A stretch of DNA of 56,178 bases, counting the filler, from Basidioascus undulatus (Eukaryota), in assembly GCA_000826855.1 (NCBI GenBank). It is 4 parts of 4 records of this genome, joined end to end, with 100 filler letters (N's around TTAATTAATTAA, not from the genome) between each part and the next. Parts side by side here need not be neighbours in the genome. Positions count along the whole stretch, not along the records: positions 1 to 29,266 come from JTLS01000132.1; 3 more parts are not named here. One strand, 5' to 3'. This document shows, in pieces, positions 13,274-26,194 of the stretch. The stretch's first letter is position 1. Every line of letters begins with the position of its first letter. The notes below the pieces were generated by a model, which did not search any database, was not told where the DNA came from, and was given only the letters and a program-made list of their open reading frames with translations. Both the position numbers and the translations under genes were made by a program.

Positions 13274-15474
13274 CTACGCCTCCTCCACATCCAGGATCTG
13301 ACCCGCGCGGACCGTACCCCAACCGACGAGTCGCCAGTGCTTCCTGTGTTCCCAAGTCCGAGCTCGTCAGCGCTTCCGGCAGGGTGTCTGGGAGAAGGAG
13401 AAGGAGAAAAGACGAACTCAATACGCCGGGAAAGGGCGACCTTCTCGCCGACCTCTGTGCACGCCGGGGAGGTGAGGAAGATCTTCGCGAGGTCGGCCTT
13501 GACGGACATGACACGGCCACCGGTGGAGGTAGAGCCGATGTTGACCATGCTATATCGGGTCACGCCCCAAGCGGATCAGAAGCAGCACAGCGACAGAATA
13601 TGGAACGAAGGGAAAGAGAAGCGGACGCACAGCACCTCGTTCTTCGCTAGCTTCGCGACCTTGGTCTGCTTCTTGTCGTCGCTCTTGACGCCAAGCAAGC
13701 GGCGGAGCAAGAAGTAGTTGATCTCAAGCTCGGTGTAGATGGCGGGGAGCTTGCCGGACACGCCGAGGACCTGGCCGACGAGGCGGTCCGCGCGGCAGAG
13801 CGTCGGGTCGATGAGCGTGCCGACACCGATCAGGCCACCGGGCACGGCGAAGTCGAGCGGGTTCTGCTCCGCGAGGAGCGAGACGATTCGAGATCGGATC
13901 GGACGGCACTGGATCTTGCCCTCCGAGTCCTTCGTCACGATACCGGGCCGGACCTCGATCTCTTGCCCGATCTGCGACCCCACGTCACACCCGCTGTCAG
14001 TACGGAAAGGTGTTGGGAAGGGTGGGGTGGATGAGAAACACACAGCCAGGACACCCTGCAGGATGGAACCACCAGCAACACCGCCCTTGAGGTCGTCGAC
14101 CTCCGCGCCGGGCTTGTTGACGTCGAAGGAACGGATGACGATGAGGCGCGGGCTCTCGGCGAAGTTGCGGGTGGGGATGGGGATGCGCTTGACGATGTAC
14201 TCGCACACGGCGTCGATGTTGTACTTGAGCTGGGCAGAGATGGGGACGATGGGCGCGTTCGCAGCGCTGGTGCCTGATGTTCCATACCACATCCTCGTCC
14301 TCAGTACCTCTGCGCTGCGACCCATAGCATTCGAAGAGGAAGAATGACACACCGTGCACGAAGTCAACAATCGTCTTCCAGTGCTCCTCCGCCTGCTGCT
14401 CCCGGATCAGGTCGACCTTGTTCTGAATGATGATGATGTCCTTGAGCTTCATGATCTCGACCGCGGCCAAATGCTCGGACGTTTGCGGCTGCGGGCACGA
14501 CTCGTTCGCGGCGACGAGCAGGAGCGCAGCGTCCATGACCGCGGCACCGTTAAGCATGGTGGCCATGAGAATGTCGTGACTGTGGAAGAGTTATCAGCAC
14601 GTGTGGACCGGGCATGCAGCTGGCAAGATGGCAGCGGACCCAGGGCAGTCGACGAAAGAGACGTGTCTGCGGGAATAACAGCCTGTAAACATCCCTGCAT
14701 ATCGAGGTGAAGTGAATGCAGAAACGCACCGCAGCAGCTTCATCCGACCCTTGCAACCCGGCACCTCACACGGCGGGCGATCCTCTTTGTTCGACGGGTA
14801 CGAGCGATAGCATGCCGGCCGGGGACAAGACTCCTCCTCGCACTTGTAGATCTGCCACCACGCCCAAATCTGTCAGTCTCCTCCGCCCCGCAACCAGCCC
14901 TTCTCGTCGAACGTAGGGTCCACACAGACTTTTGCGTTGGCGTAACCGAGCTTGATGGTAATGTTACGCTCGAGCTCGTTCTTAAAGCGGACGGTCTGAA
15001 CGCCGGAGATGGCCTTCACCAGCGTGGACTTTCCATGACTGGGAGAAGGACGTAAGAGGCAGTTCAAGGGTGGCAGGGCGAGAGAAAGCTGCTCACGCGA
15101 CGTGGCCGATAGTGCCTGCACGCAGGGGAGTCCAAAGAGGTCAGCGACTGGCTTAAGAGACGGGACTATGGGTTTGCCGCTCCCCGACTATCCACCAGTC
15201 CCAACGATACCGTCTGATAGCCTCAGCACCCATAGAATGCACGGGCATCCAAGCAGCAATCCAAGCCCGCCCATCCCGCTCGAGCAGTCCCCGCCGCCAC
15301 CATGCCGTCCTCCAACCCCTCCCTCCAATCCTACGCCGCCAAGCGCCTCCAAGCAGACTCACCGATGTTGATGGTGGCCTGTTTAGAGATAACGGCCGGG
15401 TGGAGCGGGTTCAGCTCCTCGAGGGAGATGCCGGCGAACTTGGTCGCGAGCGCATCGCCGTTAGACTCAGCCAT
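13274..15474 (-). CDS. GCD11: Translation initiation factor eIF2 subunit gamma
   Basis: [131 protein letters not shown] 15474; TAG at 13276-13274. Confidence 0.97.
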
Positions 15475-15865
15475 GTCGGGACTGGTGGAGCGGGATAGTG
15501 GGGGGAGCGGCGAGGAGAGTGTATCGAGGCGCCGCTGCTCTGTGTGCGTGGAGCGGCAGGGGGACGCGGGGAACGGCGAGCGCGAGGAGGACGATGGCGG
15601 CGAGGAACAAAAAGGCGACGGCGCGCGAAGGGCGAAGGCGCCGCCGTCGGAATCTCTGAGTCAACTGGCCTGTTTGGCAATCCTGCCGCTTGTTCTTTGA
15701 CCGCCATCCTCGCTCACTCAAATTGTACTGATTTTTTTTCACTCACATGCTGTGCATAAGGAACTAACAGATTTCCCTTCGAATACATTCAATCTCTACC
15801 CAACCATTCAATCCCTCGCGGATCTTCTCAGACCTCTCGCTCTTCTTTTCGCCTCCCTCTCAACC

Positions 15866-17056
15866 ATGGCCCCTCGATCGCGTTCCTCGAAAGACAAACG
15901 GTGCGCCCCTCTCTCACCCCACCAAATACTCATCTTCTCATCCAAACTTTATACCTCCTTCGGAAAACATAGAGACATCTACTACCGCCTCCACAAGTCG
16001 CTCAACTACCGCGCGCGCTCCGCGTTCAAGCTCCTCCACCTCGACGACGAATTCCGCTTCCTCGAGCATGTCCCTGGCGACAACTCGGGACGGAGAGTCC
16101 AGCGCGCGGTGGACCTCTGCGCGGCGCCGGGGAGCTGGAGCCAGGTCCTTGTGCAGCGTCTCAAGTGCGTTTTCGAAATGCTCAATGTCCTGGGAGTACG
16201 CTCATCGCAAGCCTTCAACAGCGCTGACCTCCCGCCTGATGCGGAACCGGCGAAGGTCGTCGCGGTCGACCTGCAGCCTATGGTGCGATGCTCTCTTCGC
16301 AGTCCCAGGTCAAAGTCAGAGCGCCGGCTGATAACCATCTCGCAGGCCCCTCTCGCCGGCGTGCATACCATCCTCGGCGACATAACCTCCGAATCCACGC
16401 GTCTCTCCATCCTCTCTCACTTCTCGAATCTCAAAGCCGATCTGGTAGTATGCGACGGGGCACCCGACGGTGCGTCTCCTCTCCGCTCCCTCTTTCCCTA
16501 TCCTCCTTCTCCAACCGACTCACTCGGCTCTCCCCCGGCACACAGTGACCGGCCTCCACGCCCTAGACGCGCACCTGCACGCCTCCCTCCTCCTCGCCGC
16601 GTTCGGCATCACGCGCCGCATCCTCGCCCCGGGGGGGACCGCAATCTACAAGATCTTCGTCGTGCCCGGCGATGAGAGGTGCGAGCTGCTTCTTGCCCAG
16701 GCACGGCTGCTTTGGGCGGATGTCAGAGTTAGGAAGCCGAGGAGCTCGAGGGCGGGGAGCGCTGGTATGTGCTCCCGTTTCCAATCTTTACAGGAACACT
16801 TGCTTCTGGCTGTCCGCTCATGCTTTGTGACCGACGGCGACCAGAACACTTCCTTGTCTGCCGTGATTTCCTGCCCTCCGCGGAGGATGGCGACGCGCCG
16901 CCGCCCCTCGTGGAAGTGTCGTGGAAAGGCGCGGTGGAGGGGTTCATCGAGTGCGGGGACCTGTCGTGAGTGCTTGCATGCCTGGCGCGAGTTTGCCGAT
17001 GACTCGAGATGTCTGACCTATTCTTGCGCTGCAGAGCTTTCAACCCGCCAGCATGA
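15866..17056 (+). CDS. TRM7: tRNA (cytidine32/guanosine34-2'-O)-methyltransferase, FtsJ/RrmJ family
   Basis: SSKDKRDIYYR...[72 protein letters not shown]. Predicted stop TGA 17054-17056. Confidence 0.94.
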
Positions 17057-17490
17057 ACTTGATTATTGCTGCGTTCCCGTATTGCCAGACTGCCTATCCA
17101 CATCGCTCGGCGCATGTGCTGATGGAAGCGGAGCGTTTCACATTGGAAAGCGACGTGCTTCACAGCGTCTATCCGGCGTCCACAGAGGGCAGGACCGACA
17201 TTCACTCTCTCAGAAACCCAGATAGTCCTCCTCAGGATTTGTGTTACATTCTTCTCTTGTGACAATGCGGTTTGAACATGGCGAGAGCCCCCGTTCCCTC
17301 TCCCCACCATCGACTCTTCCGCAAATCTGCACCCTGTTTCAGGCTAGCAGTATTTCGGAATACTTCAGATTATCTAACATGTTGTCGTGCAGGACGTCGA
17401 CGAGGTGCATCAGCCAGTAGTTAGTGGAGGAGACAGCCCGGCAACCTGTTAGGCCCGAGTGCCAACATCTGAAGTGAAAGCACCAAATAA

Positions 17491-17659
17491 AGGCTTGTAG
17501 CACTATGGCTAGTGCACGGGATGCTGGTTCGATTCCAGCTAAGTCTGGCCTTTCCTTTCGGAAAGGGCTGATCCTCACACAACCACCCCGTCGCTCGGAT
17601 CTTCCACCGCCGTCGAAGGTATCCACGCCCAGGTTGTACGACATTCCAAGGTTTTTTTT
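17491..17659 (+). ncRNA. Candidate Pol III ncRNA: tRNA-like head lacking the anticodon arm (17491-17547), structured tail and T8 terminator
   Basis: Acceptor AGGCTTG/TAAGTCT (7 bp including G-U pairs), D-arm GCAC-TATGGCTA-GTGC, T-arm GCTGG-TTCGATT-CCAGC, only ACGGGAT between the D and T arms. Downstream hairpins at 17549-17566 and 17579-17637; T-run 17652-17659. Confidence 0.55.
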
Positions 17660-19165
17660 AATCTCTAAATTATATTCACCTTCAAAAACAAGCCAAACCG
17701 CGACAAGCGGTAGACGACGAGTCTCAGTCGCTGCCCGCGTTCGGCACATTCCAGTCTCGCCGCATCCGCTCCGCTCTTTCGACTCGCCCTCGCCACTCGG
17801 TCGTTCCCTCCCCTCACCATCTCCTCCTTCAATTTTCTCCTCACCTTCCGCCCATTGACCGCCAGCCCCAACTGCTCAGCTCCACGGAGCTTCCGCTAAC
17901 ACCACGCTCTACGGAGTTACCCTCTTCGCAGACTACATTTCACCCACGCAAGCCCGCCCGGCGACTCGCTCGAAACCCTCTGAGGAGGTTTTCAATTTGC
18001 CGGAACTATACGGAGCCTTTCCTATCTTCTCGTCTGGGACCACCGTGCATTCTCCGGATCGCACGGGCGGTCCGGCATTATTTGGTTGTAGAGCTTCCTC
18101 GACCGTCTAGCATCTCCTCCCCAGCTCCTCTTCCTCCCATGTATTAGCTACTTAGCTCTTTGAACCCCTAACCAACACGCTTTTCGGGGCATCAGTACAC
18201 CTCTTCATTTCGCTGCCATGCGTTCTGCGGATCGCACTCACCTCGCCTGGTCGTCTGACTGTCGAGTCTCGTCGAGTTCTGACATATCCGTGGGGGGGAC
18301 GACACTGACTAACGCCTGACACCGCACCACGCGCTTCGGTCTGAAGCTGTCCTTTTACAATAACTCGGGCTGCCTTTACTTGAGCCCCTCCCCCAACTCC
18401 CGATGACCTTCCGACTATTCCCAACTCCATACCCGCAGTTTCAGCGCTGTGAAAATGCTGCGTCTGCGGGACACCCGGCGGCAGCTGACTAATCCAGGCA
18501 CAGTTCCACCGGCCAAATGATCGAACCGTCGACGTCGCGTCCTCGATGCCGAGCGCCCTCTCATCCACGACCAGAGCTCTTTCATGGCTAGCCGAACCAC
18601 CGCTTTCCCATCACTTGTTCGTCTATGGGGGCTACGTTTTGCTAAGGTCGTTACTTTGGTACCCTACATCCTTGTGTGTGGAGTCGTACTTGTGGGATCG
18701 GGGCGGCTGCGGTGAGTCTGCCCGCTTTCTGCTGAAGTGCATATTGAGAATCGCTGGGAAGTGCAGGGCCCATAGGGGGAGAGGAGATGTTCGTCGTGTT
18801 CAGGCTAGGAAGGGGTTCTGCAGGTGTGGCGACGCGCGGTAGCATGTCCAGTGCTTCTAGGGGGAAGCTGGACCATAGCAACGAGACGCAGACGTGTATG
18901 TCGTACGCCGATCACTGACGACATCTCTGTCATCGAATAGGACTATCTTAATTCTTTGATTGCAAGCAAAGGAGAGCCGCGTGCAAGTCGCACAGCGCTG
19001 CTACCTACCTCGTGGTTCCCCCTGCCCTCGCGCTTCCTTCGACCTTATCAGGTCCGTCTCGTTTGCCCGGTATCCACATCGCTTTCGTCCTTCGATCGAG
19101 CGCTCAAGAATTATCTCATCTTTCAGCCTCTATTTCCCGATTCGCGTCAACCCTAGCGTTGCATC

Positions 19166-20188
19166 ATGGCCACCGAGATCCCCAACTTCTGTCGGTCTCC
19201 TTCTCTCCCTCACCTCCTCCCGATCCTTCCCACACATCATGTGCTTACATCTAATCGACAAGTACCAGTCCTCTTCGGAATCTGTCTCTTTGCCGCCGTA
19301 ACTCTGTGCGTTCCGACCCTTTTCCTCATCTTGCATCCCCCATCTCGCCATCATGCGACGCCCCACTCACTCTCGTACCCCATCCTCGCGCGATACAGGA
19401 CCATCCTCATCCGCACCCTAATCCTCACCCGCCGCGCGCGAAGGCTCGCGCTCCTGTACCAAGAGGGGTCGGAGGATGCAGCTGGGGGTGGATCCTCCGG
19501 GCGGGTGCGGGGCACAGGCGCCCGCGCGGCGAAGCCTGTGCTGCACGAGGTGAAGGTGGATGTGGAGGAGGGGGCGAAGCAGCAGCGGCAGGGGAGCGGG
19601 TATGGCTGGGAGAAGATCATGGTCAGTTCCCTCCCCTAGCACCGGTTCGCCAGGGAACCCACACATCTGACCCGGGACTTCCAGCCCGTATCCCTATCCA
19701 TCTCCCTCCCCACCCCGATCTCCTCTTCCTCTCCCCATGCGACACCACCCGCAACTGCCCCGCCTCCTCCTCGGCGACCAACAGACGCCTCACCTATCTT
19801 CCGCGACCCCCTGCACGCGATCGGACTAGTGCACGCGCCTCCACAGCGGAGTCGCAACCGGAGCCCCGTCCCGCATCCGCCCCTCGACACCCCTCTTCCC
19901 CCACCAAGACCAACACCAGCACCGACACCCTCCAATCCAATACCGTCATCATCTCGCCCACTCTCGCCCGCTCCCCCGCCAGCCGACACCCGCGCCTTCC
20001 TCAGCGTGCTCGTCGCGCTGCCCACACGTCCCGAAGAGCAGGCCAAGCACGCCGACGATGACGAGGAGCAGGAGGTCCCGGATGTCGTAATCGGCTGTGC
20101 GCAGGTGTTGCTGCGGGGCCGGGAGGGAGAGGAAGAGGAGCTGAGGGCGCTGCTGTTGGAGTGGGACGGACGGAGTCCGAGCGGATGA
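19166..20188 (+). CDS. Uncharacterised single-pass membrane protein with Pro-rich cytoplasmic region
   Basis: Four exons splice to MATEIPNF.PVLFGICLFAAVTL.TILIRTLILTRRARR...KPVLHEVKV...WEKIMPVS...LSVLVALP...EEQEVPDVVIGCAQV. Strong coding bias; stop 20188. Confidence 0.65.
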
Positions 20189-21591
20189 TGAGGAGGATAT
20201 GTTGTTGTGCTGGACCTGTAGTGCTTTGTTGTATTTCGTTATGCGGACCTTTATTTTACTTGTTGCTCTGTCGTTCTGAAAGGTCGTATACGACATACTG
20301 GAGCGGCCTCTTTAGTGGCCGCTCACGGCATGGGGTTGTGGAAAAGGTTCATCGTCAGTGGTAAAGGTTCTGAAGGCGCGGATGTCTCGAAAGCCACGCG
20401 AGCTCTTGTACTTGACGTCCTTTGATTGATTCCACTAAGATATTTCCCAGTTCTGTCCTTACAGCTCGACAACTCATTGCCTATGAAGCGCCGGAAGACC
20501 ATGGCGAGGCCGTGCAGTGGCCGCCTTCTGGCAGTGTGGCACGCTGTACCAAGTGCCCAAGGAATGAGCCTCGCATACAGAATAAAGAAAGAGCTGTTGC
20601 ATCCGAGCCCTGTACTATATTTTTACAAATCATCATCGCCATCGTGGCGTTCTGTGTCGAACACACCAGATGGCTGTTTGGGGCCCCAGGAAGCTCGGGA
20701 GCGCTTTCACCTTCATTGCCTTCTCGATTTTGGTCTTTGTGGGTGTGTAGAAGTATTACATACCCAATAAATCTTTTACATTCAAGATCAAAGCGAGAAG
20801 CACAGCGAAGAACGACTTCGGCCGAGGAGCAACAATGCAGTGTTGCAGTGAGCGACGTGTCAGGAGTCTGCGTGACGAGGACAGCCGTATCCGGGGGCGC
20901 CAAGAGTGTGCACCACCATAGTATTTACTGTGGTGTGGTGCGTCATTTTCACGTATTCCGAGATTTTCGAGAAAGCAGACGAGGCAGTAGACCGCGCAGC
21001 GAGTGCCTCGAGTTGCCGTTTCAGCCTGTTTCAGCTCCGGTTTCGCAATCCCCTTCTTGCAGGTCGCACATATCCGTGATCTTCCAGGTAATAGGACATG
21101 TTATTATTGCATCTTATTGTATAGTTAAGGCGGAGACAAGCAAAGCTATGCATTGAGGCGGCCGTTTTGAGGCGTTTCGTTGCGCAGTGAGGCGCCTCCA
21201 TCATGTATCGCCCTCGGAAGCGTCTTCCTTCCATCCATGGGCCTGGTTTTCGCTCACCGTGATGTATAGGGAGTGTGAGGTCTCTCCCAGCCAAGCGACG
21301 ATGTACGTCAGTCTCCAGCGCAGTACGTTTCATGCATCACACACGTTCGCAACCGGTCCTTTGCCTCTTTAAAAACCGTCGTCGGTCGACCATCTTCTTC
21401 GTAGTCTCCCACCTCTTCTTTCCGGGAATTGTCCCATATCTAGTCCATATATTTATCCACACGCCCACAAGGCACTATCTCATCTCGCCGTTAAAGTCCC
21501 TAGACACCATCTTTCATCGACGAGGTTGGTCAGTTTGTCATTACCTTCGCTAAGTACGAGACACTTATTCAGATAATAAGCATCCACAGCC

Positions 21592-23698
21592 ATGATATCG
21601 TCTCTTGTTGCACTCGGGTTGGCTTCGCAGCTGGCTGCTGTCGCGCTCGCGGCGCCTCTCGATTCTCCTCTCTCTCAGCCGACAGCCCGCGGGCAGGCGG
21701 ACTCGACGAATTTGACAGAGATCATTTTCGGCGGCCATGTGCGTGTTATTTCTTTTTCATCTTCTGCTTCTCTACTCTCCACTTACACTGTGCCCACCCG
21801 CCCCATGTTCGTTTCAGCTCGCTCATTACACGCCGCAGTACGACGTGGACTGGGGTCTTCCGCGCGATCCCCCCTCTGGCTGCGAAGTGACCTTCGTTAA
21901 CCTGGTAAGCTCGCCCTAAGTGCCACAAGGAATCCAAATATTTTCTGAATAACGTGCCCCCCACCCAGCTCGAGCGCCACGGGGCTCGCTTCCCGACAGA
22001 CAAGTCCCAGCCCAAGCTCAAGGCTTCGGTCGAGAAGCTCGCTAAAGCCTCCTCGATCGAGGACAAGGCGTTCGACTTTGTCAAGGACTACAAGTTCGAG
22101 CTTGGCTCTGACACTCTAGTTCCGTTCGGTCGCAAGCAGTACGTTCTTTCTGCTGCCACTGTTTCCTCCTTTCGTTTGCGGTGACTGATAGGACGAGTTC
22201 TGAACAGGGCGTTCGACTCCGGCAAGCGGTTCATCGAGAAGTACGCCAAGCTGGCGAAGCGGTCCCTCGAGACGTTCGTGCGGGCCGCGGACAGCTTTCG
22301 TGTCGTCGAGACGGCCCAGCTGTTCAGGCTCGGGTACCGCGGTGAAAGCATCGACGACTCGAAGCCCGACGTTGACGTGAAGCTCCCCGAGGAATCGAGT
22401 GCGAGTTATTATTTTTGTGGCTGCCATAGAAATTGCTGAAAATGTCCTTCTTCCCCTCTCCAGCGTTCAACAACACCTTGAACATTCGCAGCTGCCCTCT
22501 CGAGAACGACCAGAGCATCGATGTGAGTTTCTCCTCTTCGCGTCTCGTTGTAATTTCGGAACACGCGTTGACCAGCTTCGCATTGTGTTGCTCCGAGCAG
22601 ATCGGGCAGTCCATCGCGGACATCTACGCCACGATCTGGGTCCCCAAGCTCACGGCAAAGTGGAACAAGGTCTTCCCCGGCGCCGACCTCACCGACAGCG
22701 ACATTCTCCACTTCTTTGAACTCTGCGCGTTCGAGGTTCGTCTTTACTCTGAATCTCCGTGAAACTTATGAAACTGACTCCTATTTCTTCGCGATCGATA
22801 CCCAGACTGTCGCCAACGACGGCAAGATCAGCGACTGGTGCAAGGTCTTCGACCCCAGTGATATCGCTCATGTGAGTCGTTCGCTAATTTGCACATCAAG
22901 AAGGAAACTCGCTAAAACGATGGTCCTCAGTACCACTACTACCAAAGCCTTGAGAAGTACTATGGGGTACGTTGCGAAAGGGTTGGGTTGCTTCCAGACA
23001 TTGCTGACTCTGTTGGCCCGTCTTTTTCAGTCAAGCTACGGTCACCCGTACGCCCATTTCTTTCCTGCACGCTAGAGCTTCGCTGACTTCAGACTTGAAA
23101 AAATTCAGGCTTGGTCGCACTCGGGGTATCGGCTTTGCCAACGAGCTCCTCGCCCGCCTGACCAGCAAGCCGGTGCATGACTCCACGACGACCAACTCGA
23201 CGCTCGACTCCGACAAGGCAACCTTCCCGCTGCCCCCCAGTGACAAGGATGAGAAGGGCCACAGGATGTTTGCGGACTTCAGGTGCGTATGATGCTGTTC
23301 GGCTTACCTACTTGTGTAAAACCGGTTCTGACCTCCGACTCCCCCACAGCCACGACAACGACATGCTTACGATACTCTCGGCACTGGACCTTGCTCGTCC
23401 GTCCAATGGAGAGGATCTCCCCTTCACGACGCGCCAGTCCCCGCCCCCAAACTCGCTCTGGGACGTCTCGAAGCTCGTCCCCTTCGCCGGCCGCGTCGCG
23501 TTCGAGAAGCTGTCCTGCCCCAAGCGCAAGGACGGCCACGAATTCGTGCGCGTCGTGATCAATGAGGGCGTTTACCCGCTGCCGTGGAAGGAATGCGGAG
23601 ACTCGGGGAAGAAGGAAGGACTTTGCGAGCTGGGAGTCTTTGTTGAGAGCCAGAAGTGGGCGAGGGAGGGCGGGGACTGGGGGGACTGCTTCGCTTAG
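21592..23698 (+). CDS. Secreted histidine acid phosphatase / 3-phytase-like
   Basis: Signal peptide [20 protein letters not shown]; catalytic [10 protein letters not shown] (RHGxRxP) and FADFSHDNDM (HD) motifs; [40 protein letters not shown], terminal GGDWGDCF. Many short exons. Confidence 0.92.
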
Positions 23699-23999
23699 AC
23701 ACCTTCGCTTGTCGTACTTAGAGTTCGATTTGCGGGGTGGAGCTGAGGCGGTACAACGATAGAGCGATCTGTTGCATACATGATCTTCGGAGGACCACCT
23801 CGCTGCTGCTGAGGATTTGGAACGACGCATCGGACGATGAGTGAATAATCGATCTGAAAAGGTTTTACCACAAAAATTATTCAAAGCGGTGCCTGTCGCA
23901 TTGATAGTGCTACTTCAAGCTGTTCGGGAGCTGTCAACGCCGGCCAACCTATGTAGACGCCAAAATCCGCTCGTGTCGATGCATGCAAAAGCACCCGTC

Positions 24000-25143
24000 T
24001 CAATACACAAACTCGCGCCCCAGCACCGCGACACCTTTGTTAGGTGAGACTAGCAGAGTACTTCCGTGCCATATCCCAGAACCCTGCCCCCACGTTGCGC
24101 GGCGTGACCATAACAATGCTCCGAGAGACGGCGGGCTTCGGATCGAAAGGATCCTCAGACAGTTCAGCGCCCGCGATTCCGCCCTCGGTTGGACGTAGAA
24201 GCAGATCTCGACGAGCGAAGGGCGTAGAAGAAACATGAGAGCGTCGACGTCCTCGCGACAAAGAGGCGATGAGAGATACTTGAGCGAGCGACAGAACGCG
24301 ACGGCCAGAGGCAGGCTGCGTTTGTCGACGTCGATTGTCTCGATGCACCCCAGCCGATGCCCGTGATTTCCAAAGAATTCGAGGATAGGCCCGGTGGGGC
24401 AGTCTTGGCAGGTGAACCACAACTCGGGAACAGAGGGCAGGCTGCAACGGCTCAGGAAGATTACCGTGTCCTCATTGTTGTGGACGTCCACGTCAGTGTA
24501 TTCAAAAACCTCGAGACCCGGTAGACCGAATGACTCGAGAGTGGACAGCGAAGGCTCGTTCGATCCGAAAATGCAGATGCTCAACCGGCGCAAGTTGACA
24601 AGCGACGGAGTGCATTGAAAGTCTCGAGCTTCGCTTCATTGATGACAATTTCGAGATTTGTGAGCGAAGTGCTGCTGTTAGAGCGAGCCAATCGAGGGTC
24701 AATGGTCCGGTGAAGGAATCGATTTTCACATGCTCGAGGCGCGGGGCGCGCCGGTGAAAGGTGAAGAAGGCATTGCGGTCCGAAGACGAAGGGTAGTCGA
24801 ACAAGTCAACCCTTTCCTCCAGGAAGCTATACCGAAAGGGACGTCGGCCTCGGTGTTCCAAGTCATCAAGCATTCGAATGAAGCGATCGACCGCGGCATC
24901 CGTTCCGAGCCTCATGGAGCGATGGCGAGCGGGCTCCGAGATGCGCTGACCGCAAATTGCGCAAAGGAATCAATAGGACTGAGTACATCACTAGATAACA
25001 AGGATACACTCACATTCCAGTCGCGACACACGAGTGCAATCGCCATCCGGCACTGCTTCTTGCGATCTGCGCCCATTGTTTCTCTCCACGTCGAACTCGA
25101 AGATACGAGACCAGATTTCCTCGGGGAACTTCAATTCGCTCAT
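24000..25143 (-). pseudogene. F-box + LRR/RNI-like gene, frameshifted
   Basis: MSELKFPEEIWSRIFEF (F-box start); APRLEHVKI, then a frame change near 24600 to LRRLSICI...FGLPGLEVF...LSRCSLPSV...FFGNHGHRL...AFCRSLKYL. Confidence 0.6.
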
Positions 25144-26194
25144 GTCGGGCCCCCGATTTAGAATGCCAGCGAAGATTAACTGAGTGCAGATCGAAGACGG
25201 CGACTCGACAGTGTAAGGAGCTGCTGGAGATAATGATGGTACTTCGCAAAGAAAGAAGACGCCGCTATGATGCAAGTCCGCTCCAAGCAGCCGCATCGCT
25301 GACGCCAAACAATGTCCTCTGCATTCGACCCACACGGCCATCTAAACAGCTTAAAGTGTAATGTTTAAGGTGTCTATACGCTGAGGATGGACAGTACAGC
25401 ACGCTGTAGCTTACAACGTTCGAAGACGCATGCGTCTGCAGTAAGCCGCGACTGTTATGGACTGTCTCCAACTGTACGTACTCGAAGAGCTCGCTGCCCA
25501 TAGTAAGTCCTTGCATGGTCCTCTAACTACTCGTGTGGTTTTTTCATGAGACCCCTAACCCGCCTCCCATAACATTCTTGGTGAAGCGTCCGTGCACCCT
25601 TTGCTGACGCTGTCTTGTGGCAACGGGCACCCTCGCCACCTAGCTCATATTTACGGATCGGCCAAGATTCCTTTTCCTCGTGTCCATTTACCCCAGTCTA
25701 TAACAAAATACTCACCACCAGAACGCTTTCTGAAAGGTCCCAGACAGCCGATGCATTGCTTCTTTAGCCGTGGGTGTTTTATGCCTGCCCTCCAAGGAAT
25801 ACATGAGCGCGTCGCCGGCCTAAGAGGTCTCTGACGGGTCGTCAAGGATTCAAAGCAACCGGAGCAGTAGGAACCTTTTGAAGAAGTCCATTGCATAAGG
25901 AAGATTGGCGCGAACAACTACCAGGCAGCTTCGTGACATGCAGCTTCAAGCCTGGTTGTCCGTGGGTGGTGGCTTAAATAAAGACCAGAATTCGAAGGAG
26001 TGTACCAGGAAAGTAACTAGTCAGATAAAGCCGTTCAGTCATCAAACCCGTCCGCGGAGTTGGGGGGCAGACCAAGGGCAGACGGTAAGTTCCAGCGCCG
26101 TTCTCTCCGTTCCTTTCCACCGCCACCATACCACTAACCCGTGTAGACACTGCACCTTCTTACCTTCCATCACTTAAAACCCGAGGCTTCCACA

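Noticed and set aside
17930..18850. EEVFNLPEL (F-box-like start) followed by broken frames
   Set aside because: Possibly another F-box relic, but one short motif is not enough to support a feature.
20422..21156. 244-aa ORF
   Set aside because: Non-ATG start, no codon bias or motif; likely a chance ORF upstream of the phosphatase gene.
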